DNA of 63,296 nucleotides, counting the filler, from Hyphochytrium catenoides (Eukaryota > Protista > Hyphochytriomycota), in assembly GCA_900088475.1 (NCBI GenBank). It is 6 parts of 6 records of this genome, joined end to end, with 100 filler letters (N's around TTAATTAATTAA, not from the genome) between each part and the next. Parts side by side here need not be neighbours in the genome. Positions count along the whole stretch, not along the records: positions 13,106 to 39,832 come from FLMG01002071.1; 5 more parts are not named here. The stretch is one strand, 5' to 3'. Both the position numbers and the translations under genes were made by a program. Below are positions 13,106 through 25,436 of the stretch, piece after piece. The notes beneath the pieces are model-generated. The model was not told where the DNA came from. It worked only from the letters and a program-made list of their open reading frames with translations, and searched no databases. Numbering within the stretch: the first letter of the stretch is position 1; each line of letters begins with the position of its first letter.

Positions 13106-13682
13106 TGAGACTCGAACAAGCGCCAGTATGAGAATGACTGAGCTGGCTTTCTCTCGCCTGTTCCAGCTGCCAGGATGATGTGAAATCACGGCCAACTCGA
13201 GTTCTCGAGCCGCAATAATCTTCAGAATTGGTGAAGCAGAAAGTCTCTTCTGAAGTGTTTTTGTAGATCTTTCAGAAGGGCCCAACTGGTGTTCCCCCCT
13301 AGGGACAAAGCCTCCATGCCCTAGGCTGTTTATGGAGCTCCGTGCGGGTTGTACTACACTGTTGCAGGGGTACTCACCTCTAATCAAGGTGGACACTGAT
13401 TGGCTGGCGCCACTTAGATCAGGGCTCTGATTGGACCACAGCACCCAAAGTCCGACCTGATTGGCTCGTTGATATGGTGGGACAGGATGGGTGGCTGGTG
13501 TATTTGATGGGATTTTGGACCACATCACCTGATTGGCCCATCCACCCCACTTTGCCTTCATTACATAGCTGTCCAATCAAGATTAGACATCCAGAGTCCC
13601 CCCTTGAGCATTGACGGGGAGCTGTATGACCAAGGGGTAGAGGTAGAGAGGACGCAAGGGGGGAAGATAAAGGGAGAGAGAG

Positions 13683-13730
<48 letters not shown>

Positions 13731-14048
13731 ACAAACATGGGACACACAGGCAAAGTACCAGAACCAGCTCCAGAAAGCTTAGTAGTAACTCGTCAATGGA
13801 CAATTGTAGAGTGCTTGAGTGAGGTCGGATAGCTGCTCCTCTAGCAGAGTTCAACCTCACGCACACTCTCACACCCTTCTTCTTCCTTATGCTCATCCTG
13901 GCAGCGCAGCAGCAACTCTAGAAGTGCGCAAGGCAGTTGCAGATTAAAGACGTAGACTTGAAAGCAGTCCATCTGCACACCACAGGCCCATTGTCCATTT
14001 GGCTAATCGCGTTAGATAGCAGCAGCGCCGCCAGTTGTCTTGAACAAG

Positions 14049-14894
14049 ATGAAAGACAAGTACGACGAGGCTGTGGCGTTCATTCGCTCTAAGATCCAAG
14101 AGTCTCCCACTGTTCTCGTCATTGCCGGTAGCGGACTCGGAGGCCTTGCTGACATTGTTGAGAGCCCAGTGTCTGTCCCTTACAGCGAGATCCCTAACTT
14201 CCCCCAGTCCACAGTCCATGGCCATCAGTCCAGACTTGTCTTCGGCCGCATCGGGGCGTCCAAGGTGGTCGTCATGTGCGGTCGTTTTCATAGCTATGAA
14301 GGCTACGATCTACCCACGACCGCCTTTCCTGTCCGCGTATTCTTCCTTCTCGGCGTAAAGACCCTGATCGTCACAAATGCTGCTGGAGGATTGAACCCAA
14401 GCCTGAAGCCAGGCGACATCGCTGTGGTTTCTGACCATATCAACCTGCCAGGAATGGCTGGAAAGCACCCGCTCGTAGGACCCAACGACGACCGATTCGG
14501 CCCACGATTTCCTCCCATGGACAAGGCTTACTCCGTGACAATGAGAGATATGGTGAAGAGCATCGGCACGCGGCTAGGGATCACTCATCTACTAAGGTTC
14601 AATGCAGTCTACGCCTTTGTTAGCGGCCCCTCGTACGAGACCCCGCACGAAGCTTTGCTGTTAAGGAACGCTGCCGCGGATTGTGTTGGTATGAGCACAG
14701 TTCCTGAGGTTATTGTGGCGGCACATTGTGGTATGCAGGTTCTCTGCCTTTCTCTCATCACTAACAATGTCATCCTTCCTGGAGACGGAACCACTCGCTC
14801 AGCCAACCATCAGGAAGTTTTGGAGGCTGCAAAGGCAGCTGCAACAGTGACGCAGAGCCTTGTGCACACAGTTATCTCGGAGCTTTCTACCTAG
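14049..14894 (+). CDS. PNP: Purine nucleoside phosphorylase, trimeric (PNP-I) type, single exon
   Basis: Motifs IAGSGLGGLA, PYSEIPNFP, GRFHSYEGY, LIVTNAAGGLN, DHINLPG, GPSYETPHE, VGMSTVPEVIVAAH and SLITN (Asn, the 6-oxopurine specificity residue). Likely start is ATG at 14049. Confidence 0.97.
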   Translation: MKDKYDEAVAFIRSKIQESPTVLVIAGSGLGGLADIVESPVSVPYSEIPNFPQSTVHGHQSRLVFGRIGASKVVVMCGRFHSYEGYDLPTTAFPVRVFFLLGVKTLIVTNAAGGLNPSLKPGDIAVVSDHINLPGMAGKHPLVGPNDDRFGPRFPPMDKAYSVTMRDMVKSIGTRLGITHLLRFNAVYAFVSGPSYETPHEALLLRNAAADCVGMSTVPEVIVAAHCGMQVLCLSLITNNVILPGDGTTRSANHQEVLEAAKAAATVTQSLVHTVISELST

Positions 14895-15274
14895 AAGACG
14901 GAGAGAGTAAGGATAGAGAGAGAGACACCCACAACCACGATGGAAGAACCAACAACAGCAGAGAGAGACACAGAAAGAGAGAAAGAGAGAGATCGACAAA
15001 GAAACCTATGGTTACCGGAGAAGCACAGAGGCAGTATATTCCGACGACGATAAATAAAATAAAGTGCTAATAATAATAATACATAGAGCATAATGATTCG
15101 GCCACCATAGACAGAGCATGGACTGAACGACGCCAGTTGACAGCAGAGATAGGAGACCATCGGACAGAGAAGAAAGGCTTCGCCAGCCGCAAGGGCACAA
15201 AGAAAAAAAAGCGAAAGAGCCGAGCTCCAGCAGCGCTTGGTTGGACGGGCCTTTCGTCTAAATCAAAATGTGGT

Positions 15275-18200
15275 CTACGCCAGTGATATGGGCTGGAAGT
15301 AGACGCTCTGCTCCTGAACGTGTAAGAGCGCGAGAACCGCGGTTAATTCAAGGCCAAAAAGAAGGAAACATGGTTAGCTTCGTATCCTGAGAAGTACTAT
15401 TACGGAATGGAATGAAGCTACCTCATCTTCATTTGCCTTGGACAGTGGCACGCCAAATACCTCTGCCGCTCGGTCCATGAAGCGTTTCCAATAAGGCCCA
15501 GGAGGAATAGCGCTAAGTCCATCTCTATCCTTGCCCTGAAATTTCACCTTGAAAAAGCGCTCCATTCGCTTCTGGAACGTCCAAGTCTGCAGGATATCGA
15601 TGATGCCCACAAAATAATACTTGGCCCCGACCACCTCAGCAGCCAGTAAAGGAGCGATGGAACCTGAAGCCTGATGATGAACAAAAGGGTCAGACCATAT
15701 TGCAGCGGACTGTTAGCTGAAATAGTAGTCAGGAATGAAGAAAGCGCCTAATAAGGAAAATATGGTGAACAACGCAGCAAGAAAGAGAGCGAGAGGGCCC
15801 CATACCATATTCCCCGTGGCCCTTGTTTCCTCAGGGAGTGTCCTATTGCCCTGTGTGGTGCCCCTTCCTCCAATATAGGCAGATGCTCCCCGAGTTAAAG
15901 ATTCTATGCTATCTGGCTCATTGTAGCCCTCGGCACTGTGGTCCACAGGGAAGGTGTGGTTGGAGACGCCAACAAGCAGAGAATAATCCATGATGCCATG
16001 TTGTTTCAAGAACTCCGTGTCCCGCTTGATTGTATGAAAGGTCCTAAACGCAACCTCTTCCGCAATGAGGAGCTTGCCTTTAAGATCCATGTCCTTCAAT
16101 ACGACATTAGGCTCATGGCCACCGATCTGGACTGGACACTTGCCACCATGAGCTGAGACCTTGATTCCGTGAATGTACTTCTGATTGCAGTGACGACAGG
16201 TGACTTTCTTTCCCTTCTTGGGTCTCTCAGCATTGCGGTTGACCCAGGAGCCCTTGATGTCATATCTTTTTGGAGAACGTATGCGGGAGTTGCGGTAGGG
16301 CGGAGAGTAGGTTGATTAACTGACTTCAACACGCGAAACCAGGTAACATTCTTACCTCGTGTGGATCGTCTTATCCGTGTTGAATAGGTTGGCCATAACT
16401 ACGAAGTAGAAGTCTCTATCGTAGATGTGTAGACAGTAACAGCCATAGAACCTGGTTAGCAAAGAGTCCCGATAGTGGTCCAAGTACTGCGCATAGTCCA
16501 TAACGAAGTTGTCGACTAGAAAATGCTTCTCGCCTGTACTCATACTTTTCACTATGAGCGTGTTGTCCTTTGAGAAGAACATGAAAGCTCCACTAGCGCC
16601 TTCACTAATCCTTGCCTTCGCCGTTTCGCGTAGCGAGGCGAGCATGCTCTCGTTGGAGACGCCAAATGCCGATCTGATTTGCCGGAACCACCTAGGTTTA
16701 AAGGCGATAAACTTCGGACCCCTACGACTGCTAGTGCCTGAGGATACGTAGGAATGAGAAGAGAATATTAAGAACGAGAGCGATCCGATAGTTAGGTGTG
16801 GAGAAAGGAAAGTGACATGCTAACCTTTTGAAAAGTTGAACTCTGACTTGTCTTTCGTCTCAAAGGACACGTCAGTCAGGGCACGCCTGATACCCTCCGT
16901 CGTATAGTGAAGGATCTCATTCCTCAGCGCCTCGTTGAGTTGCAGGTTGAGTTCAGCATCTACTGCCACAACGGAGGACGACCGTCGGGACTTGGAGGAG
17001 CACAGCATGTCCATAAGCTCTCGGTGACCGAGTTCATTGTACCAGAACCACACCACAAAGTTTCCATAGCCCTTCGCAGCGATAAGAAACTTCACAAGCT
17101 CACCCGCCCAATTATTCTTCTCGGACAGGTCAGCGGTCTGGATGTAGATCATGTACGAAATGAACACAGCGAGCCAGTAGAAGAGGACAACGAGGCAGTA
17201 GTCCTTCGAGGTATTGATTAAACGTCGCTTGAACTCCATGACTTCCGTCCCCTTCTTGGCAATCATGGCCTTACCAATGATCACTGCACTCGCGACGAGA
17301 AAGATACCCAGCCAGACATAGAGAAATAACCAAGTTCTCCAGTTAGCGTTCGTGATGCCGTTCTTCTCAGAGCTTCCGTCGTCAGGATCAAACTCTTCAT
17401 CCTTCACCCAGCACTGCCGTGTCACGGCTTCACCTGCAGAGTCGGTGGCTAGCATAATAACGCCCAGCAAGATAGGGAAGCCTATCGAAAACCAGTAGTA
17501 CTTTCTCATGTTCGCCTTATAGTCGGTGAAAGGATTCTTCAGCGTCCAATACATGTCCAGCGAGAGGCAGAAGAAGAAGCACTCTGATGACAACAGGAGG
17601 AGTTCAGCGATGACCCCCATCGCTGTGCAAAGTGCGCTGTAGTCTGCTTGTTCGCTAATCGGCTCACATTGCCCGCCATCCAGTATGCATGCCAGAGGGA
17701 CTTCTGCCGCCAATCGGATGGCCAGGATAAGGTCCACCACTGCGATGCAGATGAAGAGCTTATTCGGATGCTTTTGGTTCTCCGGTCGGCAGGTGTAGGA
17801 TATGAAGATCAAGATCGAGCAGAACAAAGTGGTGATAAAGCCGTATACCACCCCAGCGGAGTTGTTCTCAAATTTTACCAGGACCATTAGTATGAGGCAG
17901 ACCAAGAACACCAGAACGCCTAGTATCTCAGCAACCAGCTGATTCCGGGACAATTTCTTCCGAGTGGGAGACTCAAAGTGCGCATTTGTCGCTCCTAGAT
18001 CTCTGGGAGTCTGTGCCTCCAGATACTCGTAATCTATATCAAGAGGCCAAGGAAGTAACACTTAGAAAGTCATTTGAACAGCTCTGGTTGGTCAATATAT
18101 CTCCATTTTCTTTACCTGGAGCATTAGCTGCTGGGGTAGCGACTGCCTGGCTCTCAGTATCGGCACTGAAGCGGGCTCTTCCAAGAACGCCGTCGACAGT

Positions 18201-18323
18201 CTCCATATGTGGCCCTGATTTTCGTCCGATCCCTCCTGCACCGTCCACGACGTGGGAGAGTGTAACGACGCCATTACCGCCAACTATAGGGCCCCCCTGC
18301 TGACCGGCAGTGTAACCTGCCAT
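15275..18323 (-). CDS. GPCR-PIPK fusion: cAMP-receptor-like 7TM domain joined to a phosphatidylinositol-phosphate kinase (RpkA / oomycete GK family)
   Basis: Phase-consistent exons, 5' exon from ATG 18323. TM exon with HPNKLFICIAVVD, SSECFFFCLSLDMYWTLKNPF and QCWV, then the linker LRNEILHYTTEGI (LR-x9-GI). PIPK motifs: SEGASGAFMFFS, LIVKSM, SLLTRFYG, FVVMANL, RYDIKGS, LKDMD, IMDYSLLVG, GIIDILQTW, LSAIPP...RF. Last exon EQSVYFQPISLA*. Confidence 0.93.
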
Positions 18324-20070
18324 TTCTAAATTGACTTGCTTTCCTGCTTCCTGCTCTGCCTGATGTTGCTTCAAGCTCCTCCGGAAACAACCTTGACCTA
18401 AAGCACTGAAGATGGCATCCACCAGTCCGCGGTCCTTGCCTCCGCTGGTTTCAGACAGACAGACGCATTACAAAGCGCTTATGCCGTCAACAGGGGGCCT
18501 TGCGCCATGAAAATAGTCCAAGTTGACGAGCTCTTCTCGCTTAGAGGTCTCACCTTCATAGGAATCAGAGGCCGGTGTGGGAGTTTATTAATGAAGCTTC
18601 CGATCCCGCGCCACGCCGCCCAGGCAATCAAACCCACAAACAAAGCAGTCTGGAACTCAGAACACTTTCTCTCGTTATTCCGAATCAAATACTGTTCTAT
18701 TCCCAATATTATAGCACCCTTCTAGGATAGCCGTTCTTTCTCAGTGGTGTTTAGTCGCTCATTTGCTGGTTCTAAATCTCCATAGATAAAAGCAGAGGGT
18801 AAACATTCCTAAAAATAGGTGTTTGATTGTTGGTCAGGACTTGTGTTTGGATTTCGCCCAATGAAATCCCTTACTACACCATACCTCAGCCAATAAGATT
18901 CGAGCTTGTAGACCCATTAGTCCCTGACCCAAATGGTTAGTTGGCCCCAGCCACCATGCCCTTCGTACTGTAGTATATATTAAAGAGGAATGTTAAACCC
19001 CTTATAACTCTATGGCTTTCAACAAAGATAGCTTTCGACAAGGAACATAGCTTTCAAGAAACGTCGAAAGGGCTATTAATATTCTTAGTTTAGAAATGGC
19101 GGGCAAAGTTGGACATCATTCGACCCTCTTCTCCACACTGTGGCGCAGCTCATCTTCTCTTGCGGTCTCAGTCCTATAGAAACTGTGAGATCCACACAGC
19201 AAAGAACGGAAGACCCTTTTCTTTATTCCAAGGCCTTTATTTATTGAAGACGTCTGTAAGAGTAGTAGCGGAGTGAGAGGAAGCAAGCAAGGCAACTGAT
19301 AGTTCCTTATTCTTGAGACTCTGCCATAACTCTGGAGATTGGGGATGGAGGCAGTACCAGTGCGCAGCCAGAGTCAGTTCTAGTAAGCACGCGAGTGGCG
19401 ACTGCTAGCCTGATCGTTGGTGCCACTGCTGTTGGACTTACGAAGCACTGGCTATACTTCTTCACGTTTACGTCCCTCCAAATTTGAAACAGCTTCTTCA
19501 TGATCGGCGCTTGAAGATGGGAACGGATCCTGGATCTATAGCACTACTTGGTACCATTGTCACCAGAGTCCATAGCGAGCTTTGCAATTTCTCCATCGGA
19601 CCCTGCTGTATGTTTGTTTGACATCAACTAAACGATGCCTTCCTTCCTTCCTTGCCATCTGTCCAGCCTCTAATTCCCTAGAAGTGATTAGTTCAAATGA
19701 CGGTCATGCGATGGGCAAAGAGGTCACGGTAAGATTCTATTGCGCAGCTGACAGTGAGCTTGCTTTCCTTGCCCATGATTTTATGTCAGTGACTGCCCTC
19801 TTTGTGCACGGTGATCCTTTTTGAGCCGTCTTCTACGTGACAGTATAGGTAGCTGGTACCAGCCTTGATGAAAACGTCTGTCCATCAGTAAATGACGGTA
19901 ATGTTGGAGCGGTTGTCTCCTGTTCTTCATGGACACTACTCTCCGTCTCGTGATGAGATCGATTCAGAAGAAGTTTGATTATCTACTTCAAAAGCTAAAG
20001 CGTCACGAGATCATTGAGCACCACGGATGAAAGGGGCCCGTCTAAGAGCGTTTTATTTTTTTAATGTTTT

Positions 20071-22454
20071 TTAACTTAGCACCATCCCGACGAAGATTAT
20101 CGCTGTACCAGTCAGTAGGCAACTCCATGAGCTCTGTACTGACTGTCCGCCCGATTTTCCCACATCCTCGCCCTTTTGAGGGCCACTGGCCCCTGGGTTG
20201 ATCAGGATAGACGTGAAAGACTTTCCAGGTATTTCGAAGGCGAAGGAAACACCAGCCTTTGCAGCGCCTTCTATCGTCACATCTTTTGTCTCCTCTGCTC
20301 GGTTTAACATAATGACAGCTGTATAGCCTTTGGGCGTCGTGAAGGCTACAACTTGTACCATATCAGAGTTCTTGCCCTCAAGCACGCTTGAGCCTAACCG
20401 GACTGTCGACTGAATTTTGACGCTATCTGGAGCGACAAAGCGGCTGAAGTGTCCCAGTGCATAGTACATCGGCTGCTTGTAAAACTCCTCCTTTCCATCC
20501 ACATCGGCGATGATGGGAGAGTCTACTACGTTTTTCGCCCAGTTCGGACCGCCCTGAAAGTCACGCAGACAGTAAGAGAATGTACAATGAGAGGCAGCGG
20601 ACCTCAGCGACTACCCAGACACGGGACTCTTTAGACAGAGATGGAAGAAGGGAATGGATGGTCCAAGGAAAGCTTGCATTCAAATGGCCACGATGCCGCA
20701 CCTTCAAATCCAGCACGATGTTCCAGTCTACCCATCCAACCCCGCTGTTCATCACTGTGCCCATGATGTCCCTAAGGTATTTTTCACCGCGTTCCCACGA
20801 CCCTAAGCGGACACCGCGCTCGGTAGGGAAGGGAAGATAGCCCTCACACTGCTCCGTTGCAATGATATACTGTCTTGGATACTGTCATTTTAGGGCAGCA
20901 GAGAAGGCAGAAGAATAGCGGACGTGCAGATTTGGTCAATTAACAGGTAAAGGAGACAGTGCACCAGAAGCAAAGAGAGCGACTGCCAAGGAGCAAAGCT
21001 CTACAGAATGGCAAGCTTGGTTGGACACCCTGGAGAAGGGCCGAAAACTACGTCAAGGATCAACAAAATGATGCATAGCGGCACCTTAGCTTTGGTCTGA
21101 TTGAGGTTAGAGAAGTAAGGCCCAACTATGAGCCCCACACTGCTGTACCAATGGACTCCAATTCCTGCCACGTACTTCTCCGCCTCGGGATCGCTGAGAA
21201 CCACGTCCGCCCACTCCGGGAGTAGGTCGCGCTGATCATCAAGCATGATAATCTCCACCTAAATCCGTAGACATGAGAACAAAGGTGCCAACTAGAACAG
21301 GCAAGTAGAGCGGTAGAGACAAAGTACATATACACAGCGCCAAAGACCAATGGGCTAGAAAGAGCGAGACACCGGCCAAGAGGAACACTTTAGAGGGACT
21401 CGAAAGCGATGATCGAGCATGAAAACTGAAGGGCCTATAATACTGAGGAGCTATAAGAAGCAAATCACTATGCTGTAGGGTAAGTCATTACCTTTGGATG
21501 GTCCTTTTCAAGCTGTGGCCCAAGTGAGTTCTTGATAAAGTCTCGATGCTCATTCGCCGTCATCCTTAAGCTCTCCCAGCCCTGACCAACCGAGAGATTC
21601 TGCTTGTGCGGTTCATTTTGGGCAGTGACAGCCCAAAAGGTGATGTTCTCCTCTGCATAGGCAGAGAGGAACTTACTATAGTACAGTCCTAGGGCTTTCA
21701 CATAGGGAGAGTCTGCATAGTTGCCCTTCAACTGACAATCAACAACAGTTCCACCCTTGCACATCCACGACGGTGGTGCCCACATCGAAGCGAACAGCTT
21801 CATCTTCCCATACTGGCGCTCTATTGATTGAATCAGGGGTACTTTATCCACCTTATCCATGGCTATTGAGAAATTTTTGAGCTCAAAGTCGTCTGCCGGA
21901 GAATCCTGATAGCTGTAGTTACCACGGGAGAAGTCATTGCTGGCGATAGGTACTCTGATGATGGAGTAGCGCAGCCCCCTCGGGGAAAAGTAGGCGTCCA
22001 AGACCGTTTGCCTCGTTTCAGGCTTCAAGAGCTTGAGGTTCTCGATTGCAGAGTCCGTTAGTGCTCCCCCAAACCCTTTCATAGTCTGCTGCTTGCCTGT
22101 AGTGTCCAGTGTAATCACTACTGACCTTCCGGATGGTGATGGGTTTGGAGCTGCTGATGCCCCGCTCATCCTGTGATAGATAATCATCTTCATTCGGTCT
22201 CCTCCGCGAGACGAGGTGGTTACGTATGCCAAGTCAGGATCCAGATTAGACCATCCATCAATGTCATAGGTGTCGCAATAGGTGCTATTGCAAACGCATA
22301 CCATGCCATCATCCGTCGCCCGTGGGACGCAAGGTGCCTTAGCAGACGATTCACTTTGGGTACTCAGTACGCGAATGGGGAAGAACCAGCTGCTCAAGGC
22401 CAGAACTGCTGCAGAGGCAACCAGCCCTGTCCGCTTGATACGCGACGTGACCAT
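20071..22454 (-). CDS. GBA: Glucosylceramidase, glycoside hydrolase family GH30_1 (GBA1-like), 4 exons
   Basis: Signal peptide; VCVCNSTYCD; GFGGALTDS; IRVPIASNDFS; catalytic acid/base AQNEP; LDDQR; GIGVHWY; nucleophile ATEQC; GWVDWN; GGPNWAKN; FYKQPMYYALGHFS; hydrophobic C-terminal tail. Confidence 0.95.
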
Positions 22455-24724
22455 TGCGCCAATAAAGGAGTCAGCTACGTACGAGTGCTTGGAGCGGCTC
22501 CACAACGCCAGAGAGACGGGTTATCCAACTCTCCCTAAGGGCCCGCCAAATCTCCTTAACCTTCGCTCTTCTTTCTTGACAAATTCTCCATCGTGCCACC
22601 CGTCATCACATGACCTAACCCGTTATAGAACTAGACTTGCTGTGCGGTCCATCTGCGCCTCCGCCGTCAATTCTTGGCTGCCCCCATGAGGAAGGAGAAG
22701 GAGGTGACAGCTCACGCTACAGGCCAGCTGCTGCTGCTGCCATCACGTTTATTCTCAGTCCTTTTGTCTTTGTTCTACCAGTCCTCAAGGACTTCAACAC
22801 ATCATCAGACGGAGACCTCGGCTTCTTGGCCTGTGATGACAGGGAAGGAAGACGTGAAGATGCGCAGAACACGATGTGCGTAGTACGCGTAACTGGAATA
22901 AGGGCGTTGGGATAGCTGTTTTGGGATGGGCCTACATAGTAGTTAGTACTTGGGAAGCGACTGCTGATGGGGGTTAACGGCTCCCCGCGGGGCTGCTTCT
23001 TGAGGTCAGAGGTTATCAGAAGATGATGCCAGAGACCAGAGACTGGAGCGAGTTCTGCAGATAGAGTTCTATTGCCAATTAATCTCCGGTGTCCTATAGA
23101 GTCAATGATTCTCTTTTGATTGATGGCTGTAGGGGTGGTGAGGCCTACCCTAGTAGTGAGGCTACATTGGCACCGGCCCCTTGTTGGGGAGTCTACCCCT
23201 TGCCTGCCACTGCCCCTCCTCTAACGGGAGGCAGTGATGATGGCGTTGGGTCATCGTGCGCTGAGCTAGGCTCTCTATGCTGGTGCCCCGAATTTGATCT
23301 CTCTTCTCTCCACGTATCCTCTTCTCCGTCATAGAAGTGATAATAAAGAGGAGTTGATAGTCAGGCATTCCGATGGCCTAGTGAGTAAGTGGACTTGTAC
23401 ACCAGGGAAGTCAATGGCGATCTTTCCATCCGTCCCCTGTCGTCCTCTCGACCCTTGCCCTCATCCACGGTATCATGGGGTGCATCCGACGCGAACTTTA
23501 GTTAGCCTTTAGCCAACAACGCCAACGAAAGATGCCATGATGATGATGGAGACAAAGCCAGACTTCCAAAGCGACTGGCGAGAAAAAAAAAACTCAATTT
23601 GAACTCCACAGTGTCCGAACCCGCGATCGAACCTGCGACGAGACAACCAACAACAGCAGCAAAGCCAGCACCAAAACCAAAACAGCAGCAGCAAAAGCAA
23701 AACTTCTCGCTCTCAGGAAACCAAACCTACTATATGATTTGCAAAGCCAAACCCAAGCCGTGGTAGGGTAAGCCATGTTTTACGACGAAGAGGAAAGCCA
23801 ATTGCTCAAAAGCAAAGGTAGGGCTCATCATAGCGCAGAGCTATCAGGTGAATCGCACACCAACGGAACGAACTCCCAAACACAAGTCAGTGACTAAGGA
23901 CCCTGATATAACGGCTCATGCGGAGGACGTTCTTCATAATAGCTAGCTGCGGCCGTACAACCATTGTCCTCCTTTTGGAGGACAGTCGGACTTGAGGTCT
24001 GCGATTTCACCTTGTAGCTCTGCGATATGAGCCTTACAATATCGGCGTTTGAGAGATTGCTTTCCCTGTTCTAGTTGTACTAACGATGTCTACCAAGGTT
24101 GGCTTTGGAGATCGTGCGGTAGGTCTATTGGGGTCGTTAAGAGCAAGGAGCTATGGTTTAGCTGCTGTTCTTGATTTGAGTGTCGTCGCGGGTTTTATCG
24201 CAGTCTTTTGCTAAGGCGCCGAGATGGCCCCAAGCTGAGTAGAAGTACAGATATCGCTGAGCGCTTCATACTAGTTGTGATTACCATTTTTGCATAAGTC
24301 CAACACATGCACATTAGCACATGCGGTTAGTTAAGCTTTCTTCGCGGTCTAGTAACAGCTAAGGGCCACTAAATATAAGCTCCAGGGAAGAGGGCAAACT
24401 GAGCCTTGACTTTGTTGAAAACTGGGAGAAAGAAGCTCCGCGCCCCTTAAAGAATATGAGACAGAATATCAATACGAGGTTGTAGCAAGAACGCGCTGAT
24501 GTTAGCTTGATAGAATATATCAGTTTGGAAGGTAGCTTGATTAGTTTCATTCTTTCCTCCGTGATGAGTATGGCAGGATGGTGGCAGGGCAGCTGGATCG
24601 CGATGATCTCTCGCCACCGCTAAAATGTTTTCTATGACTTGAGACATCTCACACTCCGCACCTCCCTAAGATAAATACTGGGGTTCAAGACTGTGTAAAA
24701 GCAAAAAAGAGACTACAATGGGTC

Positions 24725-25436
24725 TCAAGCCACGGACTCAGAGCTCTGCTTCAAGTTTTTCCCCTGCTTCTGCTGCCAATCCTTAACAGCCGCCTTGATG
24801 GCATCCTCTGCCAGCATACTGCAATGAAGTTTCACAGGTGGTAGCTTCAAATGCGCAGCGATGTCGGTGTTCTTGATTTTTAGACAGTCATCGACCTTCC
24901 TTCCCTTCAGCCACTCTGTGGCAACAGAGCTGCACATCACAAGTTAAATATCTATTATCGCCCACACCACCGCCTTCACGTTAGCACGATTGACTTACCT
25001 AGAAGCGATGGCAGACCCACAGCCGAAAGTTTTGAATTTGGTATCAAGAATAGTCCCGTCATCGCCTACTTTGATCTATGATTTCATAAGTGTTAGACAG
25101 GCCTAAACAAGTAACCAAATCCCATACTTTCACCCTCACCTGTAGCTTCATGACATCACCGCATGCGGGGGCACCAACAAGGCCAGTCCCTACATCCTGA
25201 TCATCTTTGTTCAGAGAGCCTAGAGAGTAAAGCAGTAAGACACAGCCTGCAACTTCAATATTTCCGCAACAAAAGTTCTGACTCTTACCAACATTACGAG
25301 GATTCTCGTAGTGGTCAATGATGTTCTCATGATAAGCCGCCTTTTGAAGCCTAATGACGGTAGGACGTAGAGTCTGCCCACCCAAAATGCCCGGAACCGC
25401 CCGCCGTCTCAAAATGTTAGCTGCTGAACGGATCAT
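24725..25436 (-). CDS. ISCU: Mitochondrial Fe-S cluster scaffold IscU/Isu, 4 exons
   Basis: Arg-rich presequence; YHENIIDHYENPRNVG|SLNK..VGTGLVGAPACGDVMKLQ|IKV..KFKTFGCGSAIASS..LPPVKLHCSMLAEDAIKAAV. Confidence 0.98.

Noticed and set aside
16096-16332. Apparent frameshift or missing DLKGS motif in the PIPK
   Set aside because: Resolved by an intron: the exon reads YDIKGS...LKDMD continuously in a frame the ORF track only starts at 16099.
18880-18965. tRNA/SINE-like B-box (GCTCGAATC on the minus strand)
   Set aside because: No cloverleaf or A-box could be built. No tRNA, rRNA or snRNA was identified anywhere in the window.
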